Assembly: GCA_965216875.1 (NCBI GenBank)
Contig: OZ244207.1
Location: 4,160,001-4,224,000 of the forward strand
DNA length: 64,000 bases
Source of the DNA: Rubripirellula sp.
Lineage (GTDB): Bacteria > Planctomycetota > Planctomycetia > Pirellulales > Pirellulaceae
Reading direction: 5' to 3'
How positions within the stretch are numbered: position 1 is the first letter of the stretch; each line of letters starts with the position of its first letter. Positions 36,091 through 46,318 of this stretch are shown here, in pieces. Below the pieces are notes generated by a model. It did no database searches and had not been told where the DNA came from. It saw only the letters and a list, made by a program, of their open reading frames with translations. The translations under genes and the position numbers were made by a program.

Positions 36091-36771
36091 ATGTCGAATG
36101 CTGATGAGCTGATTCCGGTCTTCGTCCCTGCTCTGGGAACGATCCTCTTGTCAGCCGAAGACGAAAAGGGGGCGCCGCTAACCAACGAGGAAGTGATCGG
36201 AATTCGCGACAACGCGGCGTGCATGATGATGACCATTGCCGACGCGAACCAGTTGGCTGAGTCCCGAGGTTACCGGGACCTCGACCCCGAAAACTGTTGG
36301 TACGACTGGCAGATGCTGCGACGCGAACTCGGCCGCAAACCTGACCTTGATCCGGGTGCTCGAGTCAACTTGCTGCGTAGTGATGACCCTGCCTACCTTG
36401 CTACGATCGCACGGGCCCAAGAAACACTCGACTCGTTTCGCGAAATGCTCCCCCGCTTTGACGCCAGCGCTGCCCTGGTCAAAACAGAACTTGAGGACGG
36501 AACTGGTCGTGGGTTCGTTTGGCTATTCAACACCCAAATCGACGGCCCCGACTTCACCGCGGAATTGTTCGAAGTGCCACCTTCCGTCGCCGCCTTGCGG
36601 GTCGGCCAATCATTCCGGATCCGCGCCGAGGATGTACTCGACTGGATGGTTAATGATGATGGATCGCTGCATGGCGGATTCTCGCTTCGGTATCATCGCG
36701 AGACGCTCGAACCGCACGAACGGGACGCGTTTGATGCCCACATCGGCGTCACCAATTACGTTGGGCAGTGA
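36091..36771 (+). CDS. DUF2314 (YegJ-like) domain protein with extra N-terminal domain
   Basis: AQETLDSF...VK...VLDWMVNDDGSLHGGFS; N-terminal EDEKGAPLTNEEV..IRD..GYRDLDPENCW. Confidence 0.65.
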   Translation: MSNADELIPVFVPALGTILLSAEDEKGAPLTNEEVIGIRDNAACMMMTIADANQLAESRGYRDLDPENCWYDWQMLRRELGRKPDLDPGARVNLLRSDDPAYLATIARAQETLDSFREMLPRFDASAALVKTELEDGTGRGFVWLFNTQIDGPDFTAELFEVPPSVAALRVGQSFRIRAEDVLDWMVNDDGSLHGGFSLRYHRETLEPHERDAFDAHIGVTNYVGQ

Positions 36772-36775
36772 GTTT

Positions 36776-36960
36776 TGTGAGCCGAACGCGCTAGGACTCG
36801 GAGCGGGGTAGCGAGGTGTGGATCGTTCGTAGTACCGGCTTTAGCCGGAATCTGTTGGCTCTTCCGCCTGAAGGCGGTACTACAAACTACGAGGCATGAC
36901 CTACGAAGACGCGGAGCGTCCGAAGAGTGCGTTACCACGCGGAGCGGGGTAACGAGGTTG
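36776..36960. repeat. REP-like palindrome cluster between convergent genes
   Basis: GTGAGCCGAACGCGCTAG; GTTCGTAGTACCGGCTTTAGCCGG...CCGCCTGAAGGCGGTACTAC; flanking direct repeat CGGAGCGGGGTA.CGAGGT. Confidence 0.8.
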
Positions 36961-36970
36961 GAGGCGGGCG

Positions 36971-38608
36971 TTACTCGGACAAACCACGTCGTGATTTGAG
37001 CCGCAGGATCATTGCACAGGCAGAACCGGCCAGCAGCAAAGCACTGAAGGCAAAGTAGCCCGCCACGATCTTGAGGTTCCCTACATTGGCCGGCGTCTCG
37101 TCGTACTCGCGTTTGAGTTGCTCGTCCAACGGGATTGAGAACACTGCCGAAAACGGACTCGTTATCCCCGCGAGCCGACTCATCTCAATCTGCTCTGCCT
37201 GGAACTCGAGAATCGTCAACAGCGACACCAAGGCTGGCGGCGCGACGTAGAGCAATAGCAGAACGACGTAGGTGCTAAGCAGTGCGATCGATGTCTTTCT
37301 TTGGAACAAAGAACAAACAAGCGCGACGACCGCGTTGACCAGACAGACCATCAACACCACGGCAAAAAACAGCAGGACGGCGTCCCAGTTTGTCCAAAAA
37401 CGATTGTTCAGTGCCGTGCCTAACAGGAGCGGCCACAACAAAAACGAGGTCAAGACGGCTGAGATACGAAACCCGACGATGAACTTGCCCCACAAGATCT
37501 GCCATGGCGTCAACGTCGTGGTCAACAACAGATCGAGCGTTTGGCGTTCGCGCTCACTCGTCATACTGCCAGCCAAGAAGACCGGACCGACGAGCATGTT
37601 GAACACAATCACGTAAACGCAGAACCAAGCGGCACGCTCAATCTGCCAAAACAGGAACACTCCCATCAGTGGAATCGCGAGCAGCATGCTGATCTGAATC
37701 ACCAGCCGCAACATCAGCGTTCCCTGACTAAAGATCTCGCTGTGGATTTCTTTGTCATAGACCGGATTGGCTCCGTCCGGCATCAACTCCTGCTTTTTTG
37801 GCGGTGCGAACAAGCGATCGGGGAATTGATCGGGTTGGATCACAAGCCCCACGGCTTCTTCAGCCTCTTTTTCGAGGTCGATCACCTCTTTCCCTTCACT
37901 GCCAACGTCAGGTGGGTACAGCATGCGCCCGGCTGCGGCGGCACACATCAAGATGACGGCTGAAAGGACAAAAGCCGGGATCACCAACAACGCTACTTTC
38001 AATCGCAACTCGCCATCGCCCGACAGCGACTGCCAAAACATGACCGCAAGAATCACGAGCGGAAGAATCACCAAGTAGCTCACCACCAACGAGCTGCTTG
38101 TGCGCGAAAAATAACTGCTGCTAAAGACACCAATCGCGCCGAACAGAATCACCGAGACGATCAGCCCCAAGTAGGCAGCCAGCACTTCGTAAACACTGAT
38201 CCCGCCAAGCGGCAGGCAAAGCACGATGATCGGCAGTGATGCCAAGATCAACATTCCGAGGTGCGTCAGCGAGGCAACCATCTTGCCAAGCACAATCGCG
38301 CCTGGACGCAACGGACTGGCAAGCAGCATCTCGTAGGTCTTGCGTTCTTTTTCGCCCGTGATCGCGCCCGCAGCAAAGCTGGGCGCCATCAAGGATGCGA
38401 TCACGTATTGCCCGAGGAAAAACAAGTTGACCAGCTTCTGTGCTGATTGCGGGTTGGTCGATAGGTCGAGACGCTCGTCACCGGGCCACGCCATCAACAC
38501 CACTGCGGCCAACAGCAGCTGATAAACCGCCAACAACAAGAACGCGCGATTGGTTCTGAGGTTGACGACAAGTTCGCGTTGGAGAACGGGATTCTCAAGG
38601 ACGTACAT
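36971..38608 (-). CDS. ABC-2-type permease-like membrane protein with internally duplicated domain
   Basis: Two NPV...E / G..T.E.ER.T..LL..P modules and many TM helices. Confidence 0.8.
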   Translation of the reverse strand: MYVLENPVLQRELVVNLRTNRAFLLLAVYQLLLAAVVLMAWPGDERLDLSTNPQSAQKLVNLFFLGQYVIASLMAPSFAAGAITGEKERKTYEMLLASPLRPGAIVLGKMVASLTHLGMLILASLPIIVLCLPLGGISVYEVLAAYLGLIVSVILFGAIGVFSSSYFSRTSSSLVVSYLVILPLVILAVMFWQSLSGDGELRLKVALLVIPAFVLSAVILMCAAAAGRMLYPPDVGSEGKEVIDLEKEAEEAVGLVIQPDQFPDRLFAPPKKQELMPDGANPVYDKEIHSEIFSQGTLMLRLVIQISMLLAIPLMGVFLFWQIERAAWFCVYVIVFNMLVGPVFLAGSMTSERERQTLDLLLTTTLTPWQILWGKFIVGFRISAVLTSFLLWPLLLGTALNNRFWTNWDAVLLFFAVVLMVCLVNAVVALVCSLFQRKTSIALLSTYVVLLLLYVAPPALVSLLTILEFQAEQIEMSRLAGITSPFSAVFSIPLDEQLKREYDETPANVGNLKIVAGYFAFSALLLAGSACAMILRLKSRRGLSE

Positions 38609-38653
38609 AGCTGCCTTGTCGTGTGCGTCAAATCAAAAGTCGGGCCGAGAAAC

Positions 38654-39739
38654 TTAAACGAGAGGAGTCTTGGACGGCTCGCCCGCCTGCTCGACGACAT
38701 ACTTGGGTACGGCGTAACCAGGCAAAGAAGTTCGTAGAGTTTCCATGAGTTGGCGTCCCTGCTGGACAGGCACTTCGAAGTGAGCAGCTCCACGAACACG
38801 ATCGAGTTGATGCAAGTAGTAGGGCATCAATTGATGATTCACCAACGTCTCGCACAATTCGATCAAAGTCTCGGCATCATCGTTGACGCCGCGCAACAGC
38901 ACGGCCTGATTGAGCACGGGAATGCCACTTCGCACTAACAAACTTAACCGGTCAAGGACGGCGTCGTCCAATTCTCGCGGGTGATTCGCATGAATCACCA
39001 TCCAAACCGCCAACCGGCTCCCGCGGAGTCGGCTGACCAAGGCCTCGGTGATTCGTTGCGGGATCACGACGGGCATTCGCGAATGAAACCGCAGCCTTTG
39101 CAGGTGTGGGATCGATTCCAGACGATCGAGCATGGGAAAGAGCTTCTCGTCGGTCAGGGTCAGCGGATCGCCGCCACTCAGCAACACTTCACTGATATCG
39201 GTTTGGTTGGCCAAATAATCGACAGCCGGTTGCCACTGGTCTCGCTGGCCCCCTGAACCCTGATAGGGGAACTCGCGTCGAAAGCAGTAGCGGCAGTGGA
39301 TCCCGCAGGCTCCGGTCGTGATGACGAGCGCTCGCCCGTCGTACTTGTGCAGCAGGCCGCCAGCGGCCAACGATTGATTGTCGCCAACGGGATCTGCGAC
39401 AAATCCGTGTTTCTCGACATTTTCTTGCGGCGATTCGATGACCTGCCGAAGCAACGGGTCGGACGGGTCCCCCTGGCGGATTCGGCGCAGGTACTCCAGT
39501 GGCACGAATGTGGGAAACGCCCCCGCTGGCATGCCGTTGGGTTCCTCAGCCAAACCTAACATGGCTCGCAATTGCTGCGAGCAGCGAATGGCTCGCTTCA
39601 TCGCGGCCTGCCAATCAACCTGATCAACAGATCGCCAATGGTCGCCACCTGAGTTGGGTCCCGGTGGGGCCGATGACTCCGGCGGCAACCCGCACGAACT
39701 GGCCTGACCAAAACCGGATGGGGGCGTTAGAATCTGCAC
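38654..39739 (-). CDS. epmB: EF-P beta-lysylation protein, lysine 2,3-aminomutase (KamA family radical SAM)
   Basis: LHKY, CGIHCRYCFRR, LSGGDPL, NQAVLLRGVND, PYYLHQLD; divergent from efp. Start uncertain (39739 or 39802). Confidence 0.9.
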   Translation of the reverse strand: MQILTPPSGFGQASSCGLPPESSAPPGPNSGGDHWRSVDQVDWQAAMKRAIRCSQQLRAMLGLAEEPNGMPAGAFPTFVPLEYLRRIRQGDPSDPLLRQVIESPQENVEKHGFVADPVGDNQSLAAGGLLHKYDGRALVITTGACGIHCRYCFRREFPYQGSGGQRDQWQPAVDYLANQTDISEVLLSGGDPLTLTDEKLFPMLDRLESIPHLQRLRFHSRMPVVIPQRITEALVSRLRGSRLAVWMVIHANHPRELDDAVLDRLSLLVRSGIPVLNQAVLLRGVNDDAETLIELCETLVNHQLMPYYLHQLDRVRGAAHFEVPVQQGRQLMETLRTSLPGYAVPKYVVEQAGEPSKTPLV

Positions 39740-39883
39740 CGGTTCCTGAGCAGCAGTCTCGACCGACTCCTTCACCGAACCGTCCTCAAACGTCTGTATC
39801 AACGATCACCCCCTGGTCCAACTACAGACATGTGTTTTCTAATCTCCCGCGACAATTGACTCGAATTACGGAGCCATTCCCAC

Positions 39884-40453
39884 ATGGCTACTTATAACAC
39901 AAGCGACTTCCGAAAAGGCCTGAAGGTCGAAATTGACGGCGATCCTTACTTGATGGTTGACATGCAATTCGTCAAACCAGGCAAGGGAAACGCTCTCTAT
40001 AAGTGTAAGTTGAAGAACCTGGTTCGTGGCACCACACTGGACCGAACCTACAAGGGTGGTGATTCGCTGCAATCGGCCGACGTTGAAACAACCGACGTGT
40101 CATTCCTTTACCGCAGCGGTGTCGATTACGTCTTCATGCACCAAACTTCGTTCGAACAATACGAAGTCGCGGAAGCGGTTGGCGGCGACGTCTGGAAATA
40201 CCTCAAAGATGGCATGGTCTGCACCATGACGCTGTACAACGGCAACGCCATCATCGTCGAAGCTCCCAATCAAGTTGAATTGGAAGTCATCGAATGTGCT
40301 CCCGGCGCCAAAGGCGATACCGCGACCAACGTCACCAAACCCGCCAAAGTGGAAACGGGCGCCGAATTCATCGTGCCTGGATTCATCAAAGAAGGCAACG
40401 TGATTAAAGTAGACACGCGAACCGGCGAATACGTCGAGCGTGTCAGCAACTAG
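39884..40453 (+). CDS. efp: Elongation factor P
   Basis: VKPGKG loop, KGDTA, VPGFIKEG..IKVDTRTGEYVER. Confidence 0.96.
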   Translation: MATYNTSDFRKGLKVEIDGDPYLMVDMQFVKPGKGNALYKCKLKNLVRGTTLDRTYKGGDSLQSADVETTDVSFLYRSGVDYVFMHQTSFEQYEVAEAVGGDVWKYLKDGMVCTMTLYNGNAIIVEAPNQVELEVIECAPGAKGDTATNVTKPAKVETGAEFIVPGFIKEGNVIKVDTRTGEYVERVSN

Positions 40454-40554
40454 GACGGAGCGTCTGCTCGCTACGTCGAACCAAGATTGCTACTGCAACA
40501 AAGAACTGATTGCTACCGCGACCCACCAATCATCCGGTAGCGTTGGTACCCAAT

Positions 40555-40581
40555 GAGCCCGAAGGGTCGGGCTCTCTTTTT
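40555..40581 (+). terminator. Rho-independent terminator or attenuator between efp and mgtE
   Basis: GAGCCCGA-AGGG-TCGGGCTC followed by TCTTTTT. Confidence 0.75.
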
Positions 40582-40664
40582 CCACCCCACGGTGGTCTCT
40601 CTAACAGGACAGCATTGCGCCGAGCCTATGAATTGATTTTCAGCTTCGCATCGAGGTAAGCATC

Positions 40665-42014
40665 ATGGTCAACACTCTCTTTCTTCCTGAACTGCGCGAG
40701 ATGTTGGCTACCTCGAATGAGCCGGAACTGAAAGAGTTCTGCATCGCGCTCAACCCAGGCCGCACCGCCGAATTCATGGAAGGCCTGACCGACGCCGAAG
40801 CTTGGCAGGTCCTGCAGTACGCCGACCCAGATCGTCGCGCCGAGATCTTCAGTTACTTTGAAGAAGAACGTCAGGTCGCGATGCTCGAATTGCACGAGCC
40901 GACCGAAGTCGCAGAGCTTGTCGAAGAACTTGCCTCGGACGACCGCGTCGACCTGTTGCAAGACATGACCGACCAACGCGTGCAGCAAATCCTGCCGCTG
41001 TTGCCGATCGAAGATCGCCGCGACATTCAACGCCTGCAATCGTATGCCGAGGAAACGGCCGGCGCGCTGATGACGTCGGAAGTGGCGAAGCTGGGCGAGA
41101 AATTGACCGCGCGCGATGCACTCGAGGAACTCGGACGCCAAGCAAGCGAACTCGAAACGATCTACTACCTGTATGTCGTTGATGACGACGACATTTTGCG
41201 CGGCATCGTGTCGACGCGACAACTCGTTTCGTCGCTGACCACGCCCAACCGAACACTGGGCGAAATGATGGAAAGCGACGTCGTTGTCGCTTTGGTGACT
41301 GAGGACCAGGAGTCGGTCGCCGAAAAGGTGGAGCGTTACAACTTGCTTGCCATTCCGGTTGTCGACTCAGGTCGAAAGCTACTCGGCATCATCACACACG
41401 ACGATGTGATCGATGTGGTGCGTGAAGAACTGGCCGAAGACGCCCAACGAATCGCTGCGGTCGCTCCTCTGGAAGACGACTTTCTTCGAATCGGTTTGCT
41501 GACCCTGTCATGGAAACGGGGGCTTTGGTTGACGATCCTGTTCTTTGCCGCACTGCTGACCGCGTTTGCACTGCGCCACTACGAAACCGAGCTCGAACAA
41601 TTCACTTGGCTGGTCTGGTTCATCCCGCTGATCATTTCGGCCGGTGGCAATTCGGGCAGCCAATCGGCGACGCTCGTGATCACGGCGATGACCAGTGGCG
41701 AGGTGAATCTGCGAGACTGGCCCAAGGTGCTTCAACGCGAAGCTTATGTCTCACTGATGCTCGGCGGGTTCCTCGCGTTGATTGGATTGTCGGTCGCGAT
41801 CTTCGTTGCCCCCACACCCAGCGATGCCATCGTCATCCCGCTCACGCTGATTTCGGTCATCCTGGTTGGGTGCTTGTGCGGCGCGACGCTGCCGCTGCTG
41901 TTTAAGCGAATCGGGCTCGACCCGGCAATGATGAGCAACCCGTTCGTCGCCGGCATCGTCGACATCCTCGGAATTGTGATCTACATCAATATCGCCAGAG
42001 CCCTGCTCGGATAA
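40665..42014 (+). CDS. mgtE: Magnesium transporter
   Basis: N-domain, CBS pair (TAGALM, YLYVVD, LLGIITHDDV), GGNSGSQ, DPAMMSNPF..IVD. Confidence 0.94.
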   Translation: MVNTLFLPELREMLATSNEPELKEFCIALNPGRTAEFMEGLTDAEAWQVLQYADPDRRAEIFSYFEEERQVAMLELHEPTEVAELVEELASDDRVDLLQDMTDQRVQQILPLLPIEDRRDIQRLQSYAEETAGALMTSEVAKLGEKLTARDALEELGRQASELETIYYLYVVDDDDILRGIVSTRQLVSSLTTPNRTLGEMMESDVVVALVTEDQESVAEKVERYNLLAIPVVDSGRKLLGIITHDDVIDVVREELAEDAQRIAAVAPLEDDFLRIGLLTLSWKRGLWLTILFFAALLTAFALRHYETELEQFTWLVWFIPLIISAGGNSGSQSATLVITAMTSGEVNLRDWPKVLQREAYVSLMLGGFLALIGLSVAIFVAPTPSDAIVIPLTLISVILVGCLCGATLPLLFKRIGLDPAMMSNPFVAGIVDILGIVIYINIARALLG

Positions 42015-42025
42015 CGGATCAACGC

Positions 42026-42167
42026 GTAGGCCGGATCAAGAAGCGACAGCGAGGCAGATCCGGCTTTGATCCTGACGTCGGAATCTCACGTAGCTACCTT
42101 CGCCAGAAGGTGGAAGGCATCAACAAGCCGCTCTCCATCATCCCCAAGCTCTGGCGAGCGTAGCTAC
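42026..42167. repeat. REP-like elements between convergent genes
   Basis: GTAGGCCGGATCAAG..GATCCGGC (same family as the head of the 430-bp unit) and inverted GTAGCTAC..CGCCAGA / TCTGGCG..GTAGCTAC. Confidence 0.8.
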
Positions 42168-42252
42168 AACGGCTCACGCTCGGCGACAGCAGCGCCTGCA
42201 ACCGCAACTTTTACGGAGCAAAAGGCGACAATGACGAAACTCAACCGCGTCG

Positions 42253-43194
42253 CTACCGCAGTTCGCCACGCATCGGATAGCTCGTGGGCGCCGACGCCCG
42301 ATAGGCTGACGGAGCGGCCGCTTGATTGTTCAGTGGCAGTGTCGCCGAGGCAGAGGCCAAATCGATCGCCTTCTTCGCGGTTTGAGGCATCACGAATACG
42401 GTGGGATCGGATGTCAGTAGCTGATTGACCGAGTACATCCCAATATCGATGCGCATCGAGAGCGGTTGACCTGTTGCCGGCGTGAGTGTGATGTCGACTT
42501 GATGGGGCAGGGCACATTGAACCTGGTCATAGTAGACATGGTTGCTCGCATTGCACTGAGCGATCAACGCACCACTTGGCGAATAGAGTTGTTGGTTCAT
42601 CACGTAACCGGCCTGAGGCTCGATGAAGCACACTCGCTGGTAAACGCCATCAGGCATGGTGAGCGTGTCACGTATTTCGAGTTTTCCGTCGGCGCGCCGC
42701 ACCGGCCCTGCAACGACCGCTTGTGGGTTGATATGCACCAATCCGAGCGCATCGATCAACCAGGTCGGATCGACTGGCAAGACGGCGCGATTGAGTTGCT
42801 GTTGGTATTGGTCATGCCGAGCGAAGTAGAGGGTGCGTCCGAGTCCCTCAGGTACTTCGAACCAAAAGACTTGATCGTTGCTACCGAGATCAACGCCGAC
42901 GCCGGGAACGAGACTGAGCCCCGCTTTCAACCGAAAGTTCTTGTTGCGTTGAAGGTGCAACGTCGAACTGGACAGGTTCGGCGCCCCTTCCATATCGACG
43001 GAGACGGAGTTGCTCGAAAGCTGCTGGATCTGATCGGCCCGATTGATCACGGCAACGACCTCATCCAACGTCGGCGTCGTCGTCAACACGGCCGGTGGCG
43101 GCGGAAAGGTAAGCGGCACATCACGTCGCGCGCAAGTCGCCCCACCAGAAACAAAGCAAACCAGCAGAATCCCAATCCATGAAAGCCATCGCAT
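42253..43194 (-). CDS. Hypothetical exported protein, possibly lipoprotein with LolA-like fold
   Basis: Signal ending GGATC; DLGSNDQVFWF; PVDPTWLIDALG. Confidence 0.65.
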   Translation of the reverse strand: MRWLSWIGILLVCFVSGGATCARRDVPLTFPPPPAVLTTTPTLDEVVAVINRADQIQQLSSNSVSVDMEGAPNLSSSTLHLQRNKNFRLKAGLSLVPGVGVDLGSNDQVFWFEVPEGLGRTLYFARHDQYQQQLNRAVLPVDPTWLIDALGLVHINPQAVVAGPVRRADGKLEIRDTLTMPDGVYQRVCFIEPQAGYVMNQQLYSPSGALIAQCNASNHVYYDQVQCALPHQVDITLTPATGQPLSMRIDIGMYSVNQLLTSDPTVFVMPQTAKKAIDLASASATLPLNNQAAAPSAYRASAPTSYPMRGELR

Positions 43195-43228
43195 CCGTGC
43201 GTTTCTCCATTGAGCGAACTCGTCGCCG

Positions 43229-43801
43229 TTACTCTTCTTCCGCTTCACAGTAGAGCAACTCGTTCAACTCGTCCTTGAGTTTTTCCGATTCGCTTCGCGT
43301 GACCGTGCAACTGGGGATGCCGATCACACTGCCATCGGCAACCACTTCGACCCACAGCACATCCTGCTCTGGCCCGTTTTCACCGCCATCGGTCTCGTCT
43401 GTTTCTTGATTTGTCTGTTCTTCGACGCCCGATTCCGATTCTGATTCCGGAATCGCGCCGGCTGCGGCGGGACGAACAATTCGTCGCCTCATCAACATCA
43501 GCGCCAACAGGTACCGACTCTTGGCGCGATCAGGAAAGCCTTCCATCTGACGAAGCAGGTCAACAAGCACCTCAGGCGGCGCGAGCACCATTTTCTTTTC
43601 GTCCGATTTGGGCATTCGACATTTCCACCATCCAATGGCGCCCTCTGGTGGTCCCTCCCAAGCGCCGGCGGAGTAATCTTGGCGAGCGAAATCATCGCCC
43701 GATTCCAAAACGACCGAGTAATACCATTCACCGTCGCGCAGCGGTCGCTGTTCGGCATGGCACTGGCGAGTGCAACGGCTGACTTTGTATTCACCCAACA
43801 T
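43229..43801 (-). CDS. Hypothetical protein
   Basis: C..C N-terminus, RQDYSAGAWEGPP..GWWK, RYLLALMLMRRR, acidic linker. Confidence 0.7.
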   Translation of the reverse strand: MLGEYKVSRCTRQCHAEQRPLRDGEWYYSVVLESGDDFARQDYSAGAWEGPPEGAIGWWKCRMPKSDEKKMVLAPPEVLVDLLRQMEGFPDRAKSRYLLALMLMRRRIVRPAAAGAIPESESESGVEEQTNQETDETDGGENGPEQDVLWVEVVADGSVIGIPSCTVTRSESEKLKDELNELLYCEAEEE

Positions 43802-43926
43802 GAAACTTCGACGTGAAACGCGGCAAAACGGGACCTTCGAACGGACGTTAACAAATGCCAACCCCCGCAGGAAAGATCGAGTCTAACCAAAGCCCTACGA
43901 AAAAGGTGCCAAGACGCGATTTTAGG

Positions 43927-43994
43927 TAGGGTGTGTGCTTGCACGCACCAAATCTGTGATCGTTGGGTTCAGGTGCGTGCAAGCACACACCCTA
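43927..43994. repeat. 23-bp perfect inverted repeat (REP doublet)
   Basis: TAGGGTGTGTGCTTGCACGCACC ... GGTGCGTGCAAGCACACACCCTA. Confidence 0.85.
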
Positions 43995-43998
43995 GCGT

Positions 43999-44274
43999 CT
44001 ATTCGGCGTTGAAGAAGCGAGCGGCACTGCCGCCTTGGCCAACGGGAACTTTGACGGCCGCCATACATTTGGGGCACCGACCGGAATAGGCGGTCCCGGC
44101 ATCGTTGCGGTAGATGCGGCCGTAGGTCCGGCAACATTTGAATCGAATCCCCAAGAACGGGCGCACCGTCCGATCGTCAGCTGATGCATCGCCCGACTGC
44201 GGCCCACCCGACAAAGGCAGCGGTTGCCCAGAGGGGTCGCTGGAGGCATCGAATTGGGATCCAGAATTCGTCAT
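43999..44274 (-). CDS. Small Cys-motif (probably Zn-binding) hypothetical protein
   Basis: FLGIRFKCCRTYGRIYRN...GRCPKC...RFF; C-terminal part of the 275-aa track ORF. Confidence 0.7.
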   Translation of the reverse strand: MTNSGSQFDASSDPSGQPLPLSGGPQSGDASADDRTVRPFLGIRFKCCRTYGRIYRNDAGTAYSGRCPKCMAAVKVPVGQGGSAARFFNAE

Positions 44275-44359
44275 CGCGATCGATCTATAACAAATCGGTC
44301 GACGGGCCACGCAAGACCATTCGAGAGTTGGCCAACCGCGGAAGCGGCCGCTTGTGAAA

Positions 44360-45517
44360 CTACCGAAACGAAAACTCGTCAGCCGAGAGCTGGCCGTTTC
44401 GGTCCCGGTCGAAGCGGTGAAAGTAGAGCCGACGCTGCAATTGGAACAAATCCAAGCTGCCAAAATCGAACTCTTCAAAGGTGAGCACGCCGTCCTGGTC
44501 GATGTCTTCAGGCTGCAGATACCACGGGTAATTCGGATTTCCGAACATCGATAAACGAAACTCTTGCAGTGAGAGTGAGCCATCGCCGTCGTCATCAAAC
44601 GCGACCACGTTGTGGCTAGCCAGCTCTTTGCTCCATTTGCCCTCGCCCCGATCGAGCGTCTGTAGTTCCGATGCGGAAACGCGTGCGTCGAGGTCGCCAT
44701 CCAACTCGCGAAACTCGGCGATAACATCACGTAAAAAACCGTGCTCGGGATCGGCGATCTCGGCAACCGTAAGCGTGTCGCTGCGATCGCGATCAGCGCC
44801 GCGAAAGGCCAGCGGATCCAAATCAAGATCCTCGCTTTTGCGATGGTGATACTCGCGATACGAAATCATGCGGTCGCGATTACGATCGAGCTTCAACATC
44901 AATTGAAAATCAATCACCTTGCCGTCGACGTGCCGCAGACGGTGCTCGTTCCAACGAATGCCAAGCTGCTCTTCGACAAAGGCGATGGCCTCGGTCCGAT
45001 TGACGAAATTGTCGCCATCCGAATCAAGCTGATCCAAGAAGCGACCGCTGATCACGTACCGCCCATCGGGTGAAATGGATGTCAAGAAATTGATCGCGAA
45101 CCGACGTGCCGCCACCGTCTCGCCAGGCCGCATGTTCCAGTTGTCATAAGATTCGTCAATTGCGTCGCGAGCATTGGTGCTGATGCTCGTGAACGGGTCT
45201 TGAATCTTGGCACTGAAACTTGGGTCAAGGAATCGAACGGCCCCAACGAACTCGACGTAGGAGTGCAATCCATCGCCGTTGATATCGAACATTCGAAAAT
45301 CACGCCGGACCTCCGCGGTGTCCTGACTCAATTCGGCGAACTCCGATTGGCTGAGTGACGAATCCCGATTGAGATCCGCTTGTTCGAACTGCTGGCGCAG
45401 TTTCGAGCGAGATTGACTCACCGGTGTCTCGGCCGCTGCGATTGTTGCGATCATCAACGCGGCTGCAATCATGATGCAGCATCTCGTCGCGACAAGTTGG
45501 CCGAGCGAAGTTGGCAT
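44360..45517 (-). CDS. Secreted multi-EF-hand protein
   Basis: Hydrophobic N-terminus; about nine DxDxD-type loops (e.g. DINGDGLHSYVEF, DDDGDGSLSLQEF, DIDQDGVLTFEEF). Confidence 0.8.
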   Translation of the reverse strand: MPTSLGQLVATRCCIMIAAALMIATIAAAETPVSQSRSKLRQQFEQADLNRDSSLSQSEFAELSQDTAEVRRDFRMFDINGDGLHSYVEFVGAVRFLDPSFSAKIQDPFTSISTNARDAIDESYDNWNMRPGETVAARRFAINFLTSISPDGRYVISGRFLDQLDSDGDNFVNRTEAIAFVEEQLGIRWNEHRLRHVDGKVIDFQLMLKLDRNRDRMISYREYHHRKSEDLDLDPLAFRGADRDRSDTLTVAEIADPEHGFLRDVIAEFRELDGDLDARVSASELQTLDRGEGKWSKELASHNVVAFDDDGDGSLSLQEFRLSMFGNPNYPWYLQPEDIDQDGVLTFEEFDFGSLDLFQLQRRLYFHRFDRDRNGQLSADEFSFR

Positions 45518-45527
45518 GACAGGTTTT

Positions 45528-46139
45528 CTAGGAGCTTGGCTCTTCTTCTCGCTGCATCGCCTCGAGCGCGAGTTTGAGTTGCCGGCGGGCTCGGCTGAGT
45601 CGACTGCGTACGGTACCGATCGAGATTTCAAGAATCTCTGCGATGTCTTCGTAGGAGTTTTCTTCCATCTCGCGAAGAATCAAAATCGAACGATGCTCGT
45701 CGGTGAGCGTCTTCATCGCTTCGCGCACCATCGAGACGCGTTCTTGGCGAAGCATCGGTTCATCAACGCCATCAGTCTCGTCGGGCACTTCCAAGCCGTT
45801 GTTGTCACGACAATAGTCGAGCGAAACGCGGGCGCGTTTGCGGCGACGGCGTGTCAAAGCACTATTGAACGCGATTCGGTACAGCCACGTGAAGAATTGG
45901 CTGTTGCGTTGAAACGTATGAAGCTTGACGAAGACGCGGATGAACGCTTCTTGCACCACCTCTTCAGCTTCGTCGGGCGAACCGGTCACCTGCAACATCG
46001 AAGCAAAGAGCCGTTCCTGGTTCATCTCGATCAATCGACTGAACGCGGCGCGGTCGCCTTCGATGGCTCGATCAATCAGTTGAGACTCTTCGTCCACGCC
46101 ACGGTCTTTCGGATACGTTCCAGCCCTTTTGTCAGCCAC
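45528..46139 (-). CDS. ECF sigma-70 factor
   Basis: GDRAAF, AEEVVQEAF, FFTWLYRIAFN, SYEDIAEILEISIGTVRSRLSRAR. Confidence 0.92.
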   Translation of the reverse strand: MADKRAGTYPKDRGVDEESQLIDRAIEGDRAAFSRLIEMNQERLFASMLQVTGSPDEAEEVVQEAFIRVFVKLHTFQRNSQFFTWLYRIAFNSALTRRRRKRARVSLDYCRDNNGLEVPDETDGVDEPMLRQERVSMVREAMKTLTDEHRSILILREMEENSYEDIAEILEISIGTVRSRLSRARRQLKLALEAMQREEEPSS

Positions 46140-46318
46140 CAGTTTATCATCGACGCCACAAAAAAACCGCGACCCTCAGGACAATCGAATCGCGTTGTGG
46201 CGAATCGGTTCCCTGCGGATCGCGGATTATTGGGAAATTTGCCGTTCCAATGCGGCTTGGTAGCCCCACCCCCGCGTTTTAGACAGATTTTGCCCACGCG
46301 TTTGCGGCGCGTTGCAGT

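Noticed and set aside
33600..36771. Integron cassette array with attC sites
   Set aside because: No convincing repeated attC palindromes, no integrase, and several genes overlap directly.
40454..40664. M-box (ykoK) riboswitch upstream of mgtE
   Set aside because: No recognisable M-box consensus by eye; an Rfam search is needed.
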